A program made the position numbers and the translations under genes. From Spirochaetota bacterium (GTDB lineage: Bacteria > Spirochaetota > UBA4802 > UBA5550), in the NCBI GenBank assembly GCA_963664815.2, contig CAXXHB010000002.1, positions 736,001-800,000 on the forward strand: DNA of 64,000 nt, given 5' to 3'. Positions 48,457-58,954 of this stretch are shown in pieces (the first letter of the stretch is position 1; each line of letters starts with the position of its first letter). A model generated the notes under the pieces. The model did no database searches, was not told where the DNA came from, and saw only the letters and a list, made by a program, of their open reading frames with translations.

Positions 48457-49602
48457 GTGGAGAGTATTGGAATTAGGCTTAAACAGGCGCGGGAAGCGAA
48501 AAAACTCACAATAAAAAATGTATCTCTTGATACAAATATGTCTCCTTCTTTTATTGAAGCGCTGGAAGATGAGGATTTTGATAAATTCCCCGGGGAAACA
48601 TACATAATCGGTTTTCTGAAAACATATTCAGAATTTCTAAAACTTGATCCTGAAGAGATTGTAATGCTGTATAAGGGGTATAAAATAGGTGAATCAGCTA
48701 CTCCTCTTGAGGAACTGACAAGGCCATCCAAGTCACGGTTTGTTGTCAATGTCCAGGCTTTTTATGAGAGGTATAGAAATTTTGTTTTTTTTGGTGGAGT
48801 TGCTCTTCTTTCCATTCTTATTATATGGGGATTGTGGTGGATGAACAGGGCTGATGTCACTGTTGATGAATCTGATTCCGTAGCACGTATAAAGAAAAAT
48901 TATGAAGAGAGCCAGAATTCCAGTATAAAAAATATAAAAAATCTGCAGCTCTCAAACGATAAGGGTTTTACGCTTATTTATAAAGGAGAAGCTGTTCAGT
49001 TCCTTGTTGAGAATAAAGAGGTTGTTTTTCTTCTTAAAGAGATTGGTGATAATAAAGTAACAGTAAATTTTCTGAACAATGATAAAGACATAGTTATGGA
49101 AATAGATAAACAGATTCCTGTTGTTGTTGCCGAATGTCCTCGGGAAATTCTTCTTACATTAAAAGGTCTTACTGAAAGCAGAGCTAAGGTAATGATAGAC
49201 CTTGGACGTGATTTAAAAGCTGAGATGAATGCTGCAGCAAATACATCAGGGAACACCGAGGTTAAACCTTTAACCGAAGGTGATAATACAAAGGTCATAG
49301 CACAAAGTAATAAAAGTTTGAAGATTGTTTTTGAAGTAAAATTCATACAGAAATCATTTATTGAAATATATCTTGATGGCAACAGAAAACAGAGAGGGTT
49401 TATGCCCGCCGGAAGCGTTGAAAGATGGGAAGCTTCGGAATATATACAGATGAAAATAGGGAATGCCGGTGGTATCCAGTCTACAATAAATGGTAAAGAA
49501 TTTGTATTTGGTAAACCTGGTCAGGTTGCCAATAAAATAATAACATGGAAAAAAGATGTAACAAATCCGAATCTTTATCACATTGATGTTAAGGACTGGT
49601 GA
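48457..49602 (+). CDS. rodZ: RodZ-like HTH-TM-DUF4115 cell shape protein
   Basis: IGIRLKQARE...ALEDEDFDKFPGETYIIGFLKTYSEFL; one TM; IGNAGG. Confidence 0.85.
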   Translation: MESIGIRLKQAREAKKLTIKNVSLDTNMSPSFIEALEDEDFDKFPGETYIIGFLKTYSEFLKLDPEEIVMLYKGYKIGESATPLEELTRPSKSRFVVNVQAFYERYRNFVFFGGVALLSILIIWGLWWMNRADVTVDESDSVARIKKNYEESQNSSIKNIKNLQLSNDKGFTLIYKGEAVQFLVENKEVVFLLKEIGDNKVTVNFLNNDKDIVMEIDKQIPVVVAECPREILLTLKGLTESRAKVMIDLGRDLKAEMNAAANTSGNTEVKPLTEGDNTKVIAQSNKSLKIVFEVKFIQKSFIEIYLDGNRKQRGFMPAGSVERWEASEYIQMKIGNAGGIQSTINGKEFVFGKPGQVANKIITWKKDVTNPNLYHIDVKDW

Positions 49603-49605
49603 GAT

Positions 49606-50961
49606 GTGTTTAAATCCTCCGATCTTTCTTTCTATATTATTTCACTTGGTTGTTCAAAAAACTTAGTTGATTCTGAAAAAATCAATGGGGAGATGATTAG
49701 TGCCGGTTTCTCTTCCTCTGATGCATCAGAAGATTCTGATTTAATAATAATAAATACCTGTGGTTTTATTCAAACTGCAAAAGAAGAAGCTATCGAGGTT
49801 ATACTTGATGCTGTCTCAATCAGGGATAGTTTAAACAAAAGCCATTTATCTCCGTTAAAAATGTTTCGCCATGCGAAAATTGATACTAAAACATTTAGCC
49901 GTAAGGTTGTTGTTACCGGATGTTTATCTCAAAGATATTTCAATGAAATAGCGGGTGAAATTCCTGAGATAGATTTTCTCTATGGTATACCTGATGATAA
50001 ATTCGTAATGGAAATGTGTCGTAAATTTGGAATAATAACAGGAAAAATTGTCACATCACGAGTAAAACTTTATAACAGTTATCCATATTCATACCTTAAA
50101 ATTTCAGATGGATGCTCCAACAACTGCAGTTATTGTGCGATTCCACTTATAAGGGGGCCACATGTTCCTTTCCCGCCGGAACAGATTATTAAAGATGCAA
50201 ACGATGTAGTGAATAACGGTGCACTTGAATTAAATATTATAGCTCAGGATATTGCGGTATACAGATTCGGGGAGATGGATCTTGTTTCTCTTGTTAATGA
50301 AATATCCGGAATAGATAAACTCCGGTGGATAAGGCTTCTTTACTGTCATCCCGATCACATAACAGATCGGATAATAAATCTCATAGCTGATAATGAAAAG
50401 GTGGTTCCTTATATAGATATCCCGTTTCAGCATGTCAGCAGGTCGTTGCTGAAATCGATGGGAAGAGACGGCGATAGTGATAAATATATTCAGCTTATTG
50501 AGAAACTAAGGGAGAAAATTCCTCGTATAACAATAAGGTCAACTTTTTTGATAGGTTATCCGGGAGCAGGAGAAAATGAATATCGCGAGTTGATATCTTT
50601 CATTAAGATGGCAAAACTTGACAAGGTAGGGTGCTTCATCTATTCACCTGAAGAGGGTACAAAGGCTTCTGAATTTCCAGATAAGCTTACTATTGAAGAA
50701 AAAAACGAACGGCTAGAGGAACTTATGTCACTTCAACTGGAGATTTCCAGGGAGAAACTTAATAAAAAAATCGGTTTTGATATGGATGTGCTTGTTGAAG
50801 AGAAGATTGATGATAATACATATATTGGGAGAACAGAATCAGACGCTCCTGAGGTGGATGGAGTTTTTTACTTGACCGCCGGCACTGATATAGTTAATAA
50901 TATTGTTCGAGCCAGAGTAACCGATTCTGTTGAATATGATCTTATAGGGGTAATGATTTGA
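49606..50961 (+). CDS. rimO: Ribosomal protein S12 methylthiotransferase
   Basis: SLGCSKNLVDSE, INTCGFI, CSNNCSYCAIP, DAPEVDG. Confidence 0.95.
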   Translation: MFKSSDLSFYIISLGCSKNLVDSEKINGEMISAGFSSSDASEDSDLIIINTCGFIQTAKEEAIEVILDAVSIRDSLNKSHLSPLKMFRHAKIDTKTFSRKVVVTGCLSQRYFNEIAGEIPEIDFLYGIPDDKFVMEMCRKFGIITGKIVTSRVKLYNSYPYSYLKISDGCSNNCSYCAIPLIRGPHVPFPPEQIIKDANDVVNNGALELNIIAQDIAVYRFGEMDLVSLVNEISGIDKLRWIRLLYCHPDHITDRIINLIADNEKVVPYIDIPFQHVSRSLLKSMGRDGDSDKYIQLIEKLREKIPRITIRSTFLIGYPGAGENEYRELISFIKMAKLDKVGCFIYSPEEGTKASEFPDKLTIEEKNERLEELMSLQLEISREKLNKKIGFDMDVLVEEKIDDNTYIGRTESDAPEVDGVFYLTAGTDIVNNIVRARVTDSVEYDLIGVMI

Positions 50962-51563
50962 AATTGACAGGGGATAAATTAAGTCTGCCAAATATTTTTT
51001 CATACCTGAGAATAATTTTGATTCCATTTATAATTTATTTTCTGACAATAAGGACTGTTGAATACCTGATATATGCTCTTCTCATTTTCGGGTTTGCTTC
51101 ATTAACAGATTTTATTGATGGTTGGCTTGCGCGAAAACTGAAACAGGAATCTGAGTTTGGAAAATTTATAGATCCACTTGCAGACAAATTTCTTGTAATA
51201 TCCTCACTCATAGCCATTATAGCCATTGACCCCTATTTTGAAGTTTTTGATTCATGGATGATTGTAATTATTGCAGGAAGAGATATTCTTATTACGGTGA
51301 TGAGGTGGTTTGCTATAAAAAAAGGTAAACCGCTACGCACAAGCAGATTTGGAAAATTTAAAACTGCATTCCAGATGCTTTCAATTGTTATTATTATAAT
51401 GATTTATATGTCAAAGAGAAGCGGTTTTATCGACACACATGAATCAATCCCTTACTGGATTATGCTTACTGTAACTTTAATGACAGCGCTTTCCGGAGTG
51501 CGGTATATTGTTACAAACTGGCAACTTTTTTTCCCCGCTAAAAAAAATTCCGAGGTCAGATGA
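50958..51563 (+). CDS. pgsA: CDP-diacylglycerol-glycerol-3-phosphate 3-phosphatidyltransferase
   Basis: TDFIDGWLARK...FGKFIDPLADK, GKFKTAFQ. Confidence 0.93.
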   Translation: MKLTGDKLSLPNIFSYLRIILIPFIIYFLTIRTVEYLIYALLIFGFASLTDFIDGWLARKLKQESEFGKFIDPLADKFLVISSLIAIIAIDPYFEVFDSWMIVIIAGRDILITVMRWFAIKKGKPLRTSRFGKFKTAFQMLSIVIIIMIYMSKRSGFIDTHESIPYWIMLTVTLMTALSGVRYIVTNWQLFFPAKKNSEVR

Positions 51564-52051
51564 AAATAAAAGAATTCTTCTTTACCGTTTTTTATTCAGG
51601 TTATTCCCCGGTAGCTCCAGGAACTGCAGGCACCATTGTTGCCATGGCAATTTATATGTTGGAAAATCTTATATTTTCAGATTCAGATCCATTTGTTTTA
51701 AATGTTTGCAATCTGGTAATTATAATACTGCTGATTTATCCGTCGATAAAACTTGGTGATGCTGCTGAAAAATTTTATGGGTCCAAAGATCCACAGCAGG
51801 TTGTTCTTGATGAAGTTCTTGGTTACTGGATTGGAATTCTTTTTATTCCATTTAGCTTTTCATATGCTCTTTTGGCATTCATTGTTTTCAGGGGATTTGA
51901 TATTATTAAACCTTTCCCGGCAGGTTTGCTTGAATCCCTGACCGGGGGATTAGGGATCATGATAGATGATATTATAGCAGGACTTTACACTCTTGCAGTT
52001 ATGCATGCTGTTGTTTATTTTTTTAATTACTACAATATTATTCTGCCATAG
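51560..52051 (+). CDS. pgpA: Phosphatidylglycerophosphatase A
   Basis: SPVAPGTAGT, DPQQVVLDEVLG, FRGFDIIKPFP, GIMIDDIIAG. Confidence 0.93.
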   Translation: MKIKEFFFTVFYSGYSPVAPGTAGTIVAMAIYMLENLIFSDSDPFVLNVCNLVIIILLIYPSIKLGDAAEKFYGSKDPQQVVLDEVLGYWIGILFIPFSFSYALLAFIVFRGFDIIKPFPAGLLESLTGGLGIMIDDIIAGLYTLAVMHAVVYFFNYYNIILP

Positions 52052-52088
52052 ATTATAATAAAAAATATTTATCCCGAGGAGTTTTCTG

Positions 52089-52544
52089 ATGATGATAAAG
52101 AAACATATATTTTCATGTTTACTTCTGGTTTTTATTATCGGTGTTCCGATTTTTCCTCAAAATCAGACACCGGTAGATAACACAACGACAAAAACAGCAC
52201 TCAATCAGGATGAGTTATCATCTATAGAAAAAAGATTTAAATCAATCGATGAGTCTATAGTTTATCTAAAAAAGAAAAATGTAGATATAAATGATATAAT
52301 TACAATGTATGCAGATGCGGAAAACATGCTCAAGGAATTAAAGTATAACTCTGAATTGAAAGATTACTACATGACCTTAAGATATTTGGCAGATAAACTG
52401 TCAATTATAGATGAAAAAACTTCTGAAAGATTAACACTTGCCAAAAGGATGAATCTTATATATATTCTAATGGTAGGGATGGGATTGAGTATTGTTTTAA
52501 TAATGGGACTATACTCTATATATATGTATTTAGGGAGAAAGTAA
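52089..52544 (+). CDS. Hypothetical exported protein with C-terminal TM anchor
   Basis: Signal peptide, helical body, C-terminal hydrophobic helix; GAGGAG RBS. Confidence 0.7.
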   Translation: MMIKKHIFSCLLLVFIIGVPIFPQNQTPVDNTTTKTALNQDELSSIEKRFKSIDESIVYLKKKNVDINDIITMYADAENMLKELKYNSELKDYYMTLRYLADKLSIIDEKTSERLTLAKRMNLIYILMVGMGLSIVLIMGLYSIYMYLGRK

Positions 52545-52549
52545 ACTGA

Positions 52550-53038
52550 TTGGAAAGAAATTATCTATTCAATACAGAAAAGATAAAATATGTGAAAGGA
52601 GACAAGCCTTCAGTAGATTGTATCCTCTGTGCCATAAGGGACTCAAATCCTCTTGTAAAAAATCTTAATGTCTACACTACTGATAAGTTTATAATTGCAG
52701 TGAATCTTTTTCCCTTTAATCCGGGTCATGTTATGATTTTTCCTAAAAGACATATATGTAATATTAAAGAATTGACCAACACCGAGGCACTGGAAATGCA
52801 TTCCCTGCTGGTTAAAACTATCGGATTTATTGATGAGGAGTTCAATCCATCCGGATATAATATTGGATATAATCTGGGTGATGGGAGTGGGGCGAGTATA
52901 CCTCATCTTCATCAGCATATAGTGCCAAGGTATTCGAATGAAGTAGGTTTTCTTGATGTGCTTTCAGGAACAAGGGTTGTTGTAAGCGATCCGGTTGATG
53001 TTATGAAAAAACTAAAGCTCAGGTTCAATATGCTGTAG
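52550..53038 (+). CDS. HIT family hydrolase (Ap4A phosphorylase-like)
   Basis: CILC, NLFPFNPGHVMIFP, HLHQHIVPR. Confidence 0.92.
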   Translation: MERNYLFNTEKIKYVKGDKPSVDCILCAIRDSNPLVKNLNVYTTDKFIIAVNLFPFNPGHVMIFPKRHICNIKELTNTEALEMHSLLVKTIGFIDEEFNPSGYNIGYNLGDGSGASIPHLHQHIVPRYSNEVGFLDVLSGTRVVVSDPVDVMKKLKLRFNML

Positions 53039-53058
53039 TTAGAAACACGGAGGTATCG

Positions 53059-54438
53059 GTGCGGGAGAAAATATTACTTAATGAAAGGTTTGGTGTTGTT
53101 GAAATTAGTAAAACCGGAATAATTACCGGTCATAATAGATACGCTGTGTCAGCACTCTCTCCGGTTAATAGAATAAATAAAACTGGAGATATAAGAGGTT
53201 TGAATATAGAGGTATTTACTCATGATGACAGTAAAAAGTCTTTTGATTTAGAAATACCAGCGAGATTTATCTTTTCAGTAAAAGGGATTAAACACATAGA
53301 TACAATTTATTATAAGGAAACGGAATCGGCTATAGTCAGGTTTGTGCAGAACAATGAAGCGTTATCTCCTTTTTTTAATGTGATACAATTATCTTCAACT
53401 CTATATATTGAACTTGATACTGATCTTAATATTATATTTGCCACAGACTGGTTCTGGCAAATTTCAGGAGTAGAAAAATCCTTGTTTTGCGGAGAAGGTA
53501 TTTCAGTATTTACTGATAAAAAGAATACCGGTAAAATAAATTCTACCTTGGAAATTTTCAACAAGAACATTGTCAGTTTGATTACACTTGAAGATATTCA
53601 GTTCACATTCAATGGCACTGCCCGTTTGTATGATCTTGAGATAACTCCGGTTAATGATGTCAAAGGCTCATTCGCTGGTATTATCTGTCACCTCATCGAC
53701 AGATCTTATATCAGGAAATGCAGGGAGATGAGTAGAAGCATGAGAAGAATGAGTGCAGTGGCGAACTTTGCCGGTGGAATTGCACATGATTATAATAATG
53801 CTCTTACTGCAGTTCTTGGAAATTTGTCTCTTGCGAAAATGGATGTTGAGAAAGGGAGTGAACTGGAAGAACTGCTTAATGATGCCGAAAGTGCCGGGTT
53901 GAGAATTAAAATCCTTACGGAACGGCTTGGACTTTTTTCACGAGGAATGAAACCGGTAAAAACAAAGACGGACATAAAAAAGCTTATAGAAAACATCACA
54001 CCTGAAATTTTTTCCGATTATAAAGGCCATTATAAAATTACTGTTCAGGATAATCTCAATCTTCCGGAGATTGACCGCGAACTTATCAGTGAAGCTTTAA
54101 GTCACATTATTGAAAATGCCATAGATGCGGTTGAAGGGACTGATGGAAATATTATAATAGAAGCAGAAGAGATTCAGGTGCAGAAGGAATCAGTATTCAG
54201 GGAAATTACACTTGTTTCTGGAAGATATGTTTTAATATCAGTAAAAGATAACGGGTCTGGTATTGATCCATATTCTTACAATGAAATATTTGATCCATAT
54301 GTAACAACAAAGATCGGACGTGAAGGTCTGGGACTTGCACTTGCTTATACGATTATCAAAAGGCATAGAGGTTTTATCTCGGTTGAACCCTCCGAAAACG
54401 GCGGCTCTGTTTTCAGTATTTTTCTTCCACTATTTTAA
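53059..54438 (+). CDS. Cytoplasmic PAS-like sensor histidine kinase
   Basis: H-box GGIAHDYNN, ENAIDA, DNGSGI, FDPYVTTK, GLGLA. Confidence 0.9.
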   Translation: MREKILLNERFGVVEISKTGIITGHNRYAVSALSPVNRINKTGDIRGLNIEVFTHDDSKKSFDLEIPARFIFSVKGIKHIDTIYYKETESAIVRFVQNNEALSPFFNVIQLSSTLYIELDTDLNIIFATDWFWQISGVEKSLFCGEGISVFTDKKNTGKINSTLEIFNKNIVSLITLEDIQFTFNGTARLYDLEITPVNDVKGSFAGIICHLIDRSYIRKCREMSRSMRRMSAVANFAGGIAHDYNNALTAVLGNLSLAKMDVEKGSELEELLNDAESAGLRIKILTERLGLFSRGMKPVKTKTDIKKLIENITPEIFSDYKGHYKITVQDNLNLPEIDRELISEALSHIIENAIDAVEGTDGNIIIEAEEIQVQKESVFREITLVSGRYVLISVKDNGSGIDPYSYNEIFDPYVTTKIGREGLGLALAYTIIKRHRGFISVEPSENGGSVFSIFLPLF

Positions 54439-54783
54439 ATAATATTTGAATTTCATGATAACTGTATTTAAACAGGATTTTTTCATCATTTATAGTTGAA
54501 AAATACTTTTCCAGTTATTAATTTTTAATGGTCTACCCATTTATGTTTCTTTAATTGCTTTTATAATTAAAATGTGATAATACTTTAAGAAGGCATGGCC
54601 ATAAAATTTAATTTATAGAAAATTATTTTTAATTCAGAAGGGATGATACAAACACTCTTTGCAAACAGTAATGCAGTACCTCTAGCATGATCAATCTGAG
54701 ATCTGAGAAATGACGTTGGAATCAGTTTTTTGTTAATTGAAAGCCTGTTATTAAAAAACTCATTATTATATGGAGATTCATAT

Positions 54784-57342
54784 ATGAAGAAAATCAGAGA
54801 ATTCAAGGTAGTCCCTTATCTTCCGGAAAGACTTAAGCCTCTTATGAAGATTGCAAATAATTTATGGTGGGTATGGAATTTTGAAGCAATAGACTTATTC
54901 AGGAGAATTGATGTTGATCTCTGGCGTGAAGTGGGCCATAATCCTATAAACTTTCTTGGAACACTGTCACAGAGAGCTCTTGACAGAGCTGCCGAATCAG
55001 AGAGCTTTGTTGCTCATATGCATAGAGTAGAAAATGAACTGGAACGTCACATGACAAGAATCTCATGGTATGACCAGAATAGTGAGAATATTAAACATCA
55101 GGTTATAGCTTATTACTCGGCTGAGTTTGGAATTCATGAATGCTTACCTATATACTCTGGTGGACTTGGAGTTCTGGCGGGAGATCATTTAAAATCTGCA
55201 AGTGAGCTGGGACTACCTCTTTACGGGATGGGGTTACTCTACAGACTTGGTTACTTCAGGCAATATCTTAACCTTGATGGATGGCAGCAGGAGAGATATC
55301 CAGAAACTGACTTCTATAATATACCGATAAATCCAGTTATTGATGAATCAGGAGAACAATTGGTTATAGGTGTGGAATATCCAGGCAGAATGGTTTATGC
55401 AAAAATCTGGGTAGTGCTGATAGGTAAAGTGAAATTGTTCCTCCTGGATGCAAATATCGAACTCAATAGCATTGATGACAGAGCAATAACAGATCAGCTT
55501 TATGGCGGAGATAATGAGATGAGAATTCGGCAGGAAATCATGCTTGGCATCGGAGGCGTAAGAGCATTCAGAGCAATGGGGATTAATATTACAGTATATC
55601 ACATGAATGAAGGGCATGCGGCTTTTCTGGCTATTGAAAGGATAAGATTGGAGATGAAAGAGCATGGCATGACATTCAATGAAGCTCTTTCATATGTGAC
55701 AGCAAGTAACCTTTTTACAACACATACCCCTGTTCCTGCAGGGAATGACCGTTTTCTTCCTGAAATGATTGATAGGTATTTTTCTGATATTTACAAAGAA
55801 CTTGGAATTGATTCTGATGCGTTTATGGCTTTAGGGAGGGAAAATCCTTTTGATAAAAAAGAGGAGTTTTGTATGACGGTTCTAGCGGTAAAATCTGCTT
55901 TTGGCTGCAATGGTGTATCAAAACTTCATGGAGAAGTTTCAAGAAAAATGTGGAACAATATATGGCCGCAGCTTCCATCACATGAAGTTCCTATAGGACA
56001 CATTACAAATGGTATACAAACTCTTTCATGGACTTCTGATGAAATGATGAGGCTTTTTAACAGGTATCTTGGACCAGACTGGATTGATAATCCCGCTTCA
56101 AAAGATATTTGGAAAGGAATTGATAATATCCCAGATTCTGAGTTATGGAGATGTAGGGAAAGATTGAGGGAAAGACTGGTTAGTTTTTCAAGAAAACGCC
56201 TTCATAATCAACTGGTGGCAAGAGGTGTTCCAAAAAAACAGGCAATAGTCGCCAGTTCTGTACTCGACTCCGAAGCGCTGACAATAGGGTTTGCCCGAAG
56301 ATTTGCAACTTATAAGAGAGCAACGCTTCTTTTTCGCGATATGGAAAGGTTATATAATATATTATCATCACAGAAGCGACCGGTACAGATTGTGTTTTCC
56401 GGGAAAGCACATCCTAGAGATGCGTTGGGAAAAGAATTTATAAAAGAGATAATACATACTTCGCGTGATGAGAAACTGAGAAAAAAAATTGTATTCCTTG
56501 AAGATTACGATATCAATGTTGCAAGGTATATTGTGCAGGGTGTAGATATCTGGCTAAACAATCCTATTAGACCAAAAGAGGCATCTGGTACCAGTGGAAT
56601 GAAAGTAGTACCAAATGGTGGAATAAATGTCAGTATCCTAGACGGGTGGTGGGATGAGGCTTATAATTCAAATAATGGATGGGCTATTGGCAGCGGCGAG
56701 ATATATGACGATCAGAATTACCAGGATGAGGTAGAGAGCCTTTCACTGTACAATCTTCTGGAGGAGGAAATTATTCCGTTATTTTACTCAAGAGCGGATG
56801 ACGGGATCCCTGAGGCCTGGCTTGCAAAAATAAAGGAGTCTATGAAAAGTATTATTCCAGAATTTAATACCAACAGAATGGTTAAGGATTATACTGAAAA
56901 ATATTACCACCTTGCCCATACAAATTATACAGAGTACCTTAAAGATAAACTCAAAGTATCTAAGGAACTTGCAGCGTGGAAGGAGAAAATAAAAAAAGTC
57001 TGGCCTGATGCGCGTGTCCTTGAAATGAATATTGAAGATGAAACGGTTGTCACTGTGGGTTCGGTTCTTCGTGTCAGTGCAAAAATTAATCTGGGGAAAA
57101 TATCTCCGGAAGATGTGCTCACAGAACTATACTTTGGGTCTGTGGATCAGTTCGGTGACATAAGCGATGGGGTTGCGGTACCGATGGATCGTGTTGGCAG
57201 TGATGGAGATGGATTATATTCCTATACAGGTCAGATGTTATGTCTCCAGTCTGGACGTTTTGGTTACAGTGTAAGAATCATCCCATTCAACCGGAATATG
57301 TCGAGAAAGTTCGATCCTGAACTTCCACTCACATGGGCTTAA
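54784..57342 (+). CDS. glgP: Alpha-glucan (glycogen) phosphorylase
   Basis: YSGGLGVLAGD, HMNEGH, FARRFATYKR, EASGTSGMK; ATG 54784 with GGAG RBS. Confidence 0.95.
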   Translation: MKKIREFKVVPYLPERLKPLMKIANNLWWVWNFEAIDLFRRIDVDLWREVGHNPINFLGTLSQRALDRAAESESFVAHMHRVENELERHMTRISWYDQNSENIKHQVIAYYSAEFGIHECLPIYSGGLGVLAGDHLKSASELGLPLYGMGLLYRLGYFRQYLNLDGWQQERYPETDFYNIPINPVIDESGEQLVIGVEYPGRMVYAKIWVVLIGKVKLFLLDANIELNSIDDRAITDQLYGGDNEMRIRQEIMLGIGGVRAFRAMGINITVYHMNEGHAAFLAIERIRLEMKEHGMTFNEALSYVTASNLFTTHTPVPAGNDRFLPEMIDRYFSDIYKELGIDSDAFMALGRENPFDKKEEFCMTVLAVKSAFGCNGVSKLHGEVSRKMWNNIWPQLPSHEVPIGHITNGIQTLSWTSDEMMRLFNRYLGPDWIDNPASKDIWKGIDNIPDSELWRCRERLRERLVSFSRKRLHNQLVARGVPKKQAIVASSVLDSEALTIGFARRFATYKRATLLFRDMERLYNILSSQKRPVQIVFSGKAHPRDALGKEFIKEIIHTSRDEKLRKKIVFLEDYDINVARYIVQGVDIWLNNPIRPKEASGTSGMKVVPNGGINVSILDGWWDEAYNSNNGWAIGSGEIYDDQNYQDEVESLSLYNLLEEEIIPLFYSRADDGIPEAWLAKIKESMKSIIPEFNTNRMVKDYTEKYYHLAHTNYTEYLKDKLKVSKELAAWKEKIKKVWPDARVLEMNIEDETVVTVGSVLRVSAKINLGKISPEDVLTELYFGSVDQFGDISDGVAVPMDRVGSDGDGLYSYTGQMLCLQSGRFGYSVRIIPFNRNMSRKFDPELPLTWA

Positions 57343-57422
57343 AATTTTTTAAAAAAATTTTATTTTAACTGTTTGACTTATTTAATATAAATTCTAGTAT
57401 TGAAACGAATCATACCAGCAGT

Positions 57423-57459
57423 AACGGCAGTATATCTGCCGTTTCTTCATTTTCGTTTG
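57423..57459 (+). terminator. Rho-independent terminator or attenuator hairpin
   Basis: AACGGCAG-TATAT-CTGCCGTT followed by T-rich TCTTCATTTTCGTTT. Confidence 0.65.
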
Positions 57460-57542
57460 TTGAAAATATTTCGTTATTTAAATTATACTAAAAATGATAA
57501 TTTATCGTCAGATGTAATATCAATATCTGTAAAAGGAATTAT

Positions 57543-57677
57543 ATGCGTGAAGCTAATAATATAAGTGATACAATTAAAAATAAACAATATATGGACAAAA
57601 TAAGAGAGTCTCTAATAAAAAAAAATATTGAAGATAATAATAAGGAAGAGCTTGAATTTCTTCTGAAAAGGCTTTAA
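57543..57677 (+). CDS. Small hypothetical protein (44 aa), not in the ORF track
   Basis: MREANNISDTIKNKQYMDKIRESLIKKNIEDNNKEELEFLLKRL; AAGGA RBS. Confidence 0.5.
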   Translation: MREANNISDTIKNKQYMDKIRESLIKKNIEDNNKEELEFLLKRL

Positions 57678-57684
57678 TAAAAAA

Positions 57685-58938
57685 TCATATAATTGAATTT
57701 TTCCAGAGTTGTACTGATTGCCGATAGTAATCAAAGGGAGGAGGCCCGATTTCCGTTTTTTGAATTATAAGTCTTCTTGCCCATCTTCTTTCTGTAAGTT
57801 CACAAATATCTTTTATATTTCTTCCTGCCAGAGTTTCAGTTTTAGAACTTAAAAAAAGACAGTCATTATCGGATAGCTGTTTTGCATAATTGCTGAATAT
57901 AGCTGCACGTTCTTCGGCGTTCGGATATGGAAATTTTATAATCTGGTCGAACCTGCTTAGGAGTGCACTGTCGAGATCATTCATTCTGTTGGTGGCTCCA
58001 ATAGTCAATGTTTTTTCAGCAGCATCAATACCGTCTAGTTTTCTCAACAGTACTGATAGTATTCTTCGGGTTGCTTCAAACATATTCTGATCTCTTGACC
58101 CAGCTAGAGAATCTATTTCATCAAGGAAAATTACAGCGCCTCCCATAAGATCGCACATATCAAAAATTTCTGACATGTTTTTGGAGGATTGCCCGTACCA
58201 TTTAGACATTATGGATTCAACGGGCACATATACCAGTGGGAGGCTGCTCTCCCCGGCAATAATTCTTGCTGCAGTTGTTTTACCAACACCTGGGGGCCCT
58301 TCGAAGAGTATTGCTTTTGGCCTATTAGACTCAAAACTCTTTCTGGTCATACCGGCTATCGTATCGTAGATTTCAGGGTTCTGTATTGGAAGAATTATCG
58401 ATTCTTTTATTTTTCTTTTTATATCGGCATAACCGGCTATATAATCCCAGTTGGGAGTATCATTGCCATTAATTATAGAAGCTCCGAGTTCCTTGAGCCT
58501 TTCTTCAGGACTGAATAATGCTCCTGAATTCATACACCGGATTATTTCTATGACTGAATTTATCTCTTCCTGTGAAAGATTACCTTTCTTTGTTATCTCA
58601 ACATAAGAATTTACAATACTGAAAAAATCTATTTTCAGATTATCAGTAATATTTTCAGTGTTAAAGATATTATTGTTAAGGGATTGAAAGCTGTAATGAC
58701 CCTTTTCAAAGGATAGTATTCTCAAATTTTCAATATGCTTTTTTATAATCTCAAGTGAATCAAAAAGCATAATATCGGTTAAAGAGGGAATCCCTGCTTT
58801 TATTCTGCTTAATCCTTTCTGAAATTCTATAGTGAGTCCAGTATCAGAAGTGGCATTTCCCGGAAGTCCGATTAATGCAGTTTCAATCTGATTTTTCATC
58901 TGGTCAAAGGAGATGAGATCGTTTTGCGAATTATTCAT
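57685..58938 (-). CDS. AAA+ ATPase (classic AAA clade, single domain)
   Basis: GPPGVGKT, SKWYG pore loop, FLDEID, ATNR...LDSALLSRF. Confidence 0.92.
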   Translation of the reverse strand: MNNSQNDLISFDQMKNQIETALIGLPGNATSDTGLTIEFQKGLSRIKAGIPSLTDIMLFDSLEIIKKHIENLRILSFEKGHYSFQSLNNNIFNTENITDNLKIDFFSIVNSYVEITKKGNLSQEEINSVIEIIRCMNSGALFSPEERLKELGASIINGNDTPNWDYIAGYADIKRKIKESIILPIQNPEIYDTIAGMTRKSFESNRPKAILFEGPPGVGKTTAARIIAGESSLPLVYVPVESIMSKWYGQSSKNMSEIFDMCDLMGGAVIFLDEIDSLAGSRDQNMFEATRRILSVLLRKLDGIDAAEKTLTIGATNRMNDLDSALLSRFDQIIKFPYPNAEERAAIFSNYAKQLSDNDCLFLSSKTETLAGRNIKDICELTERRWARRLIIQKTEIGPPPFDYYRQSVQLWKNSII

Positions 58939-58954
58939 TATTATCAGCAGCCTC

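Noticed and set aside
54585-54806. 73-aa minus-strand ORF upstream of glgP
   Set aside because: Overlaps the glgP start and RBS, has no RBS of its own and no recognisable features
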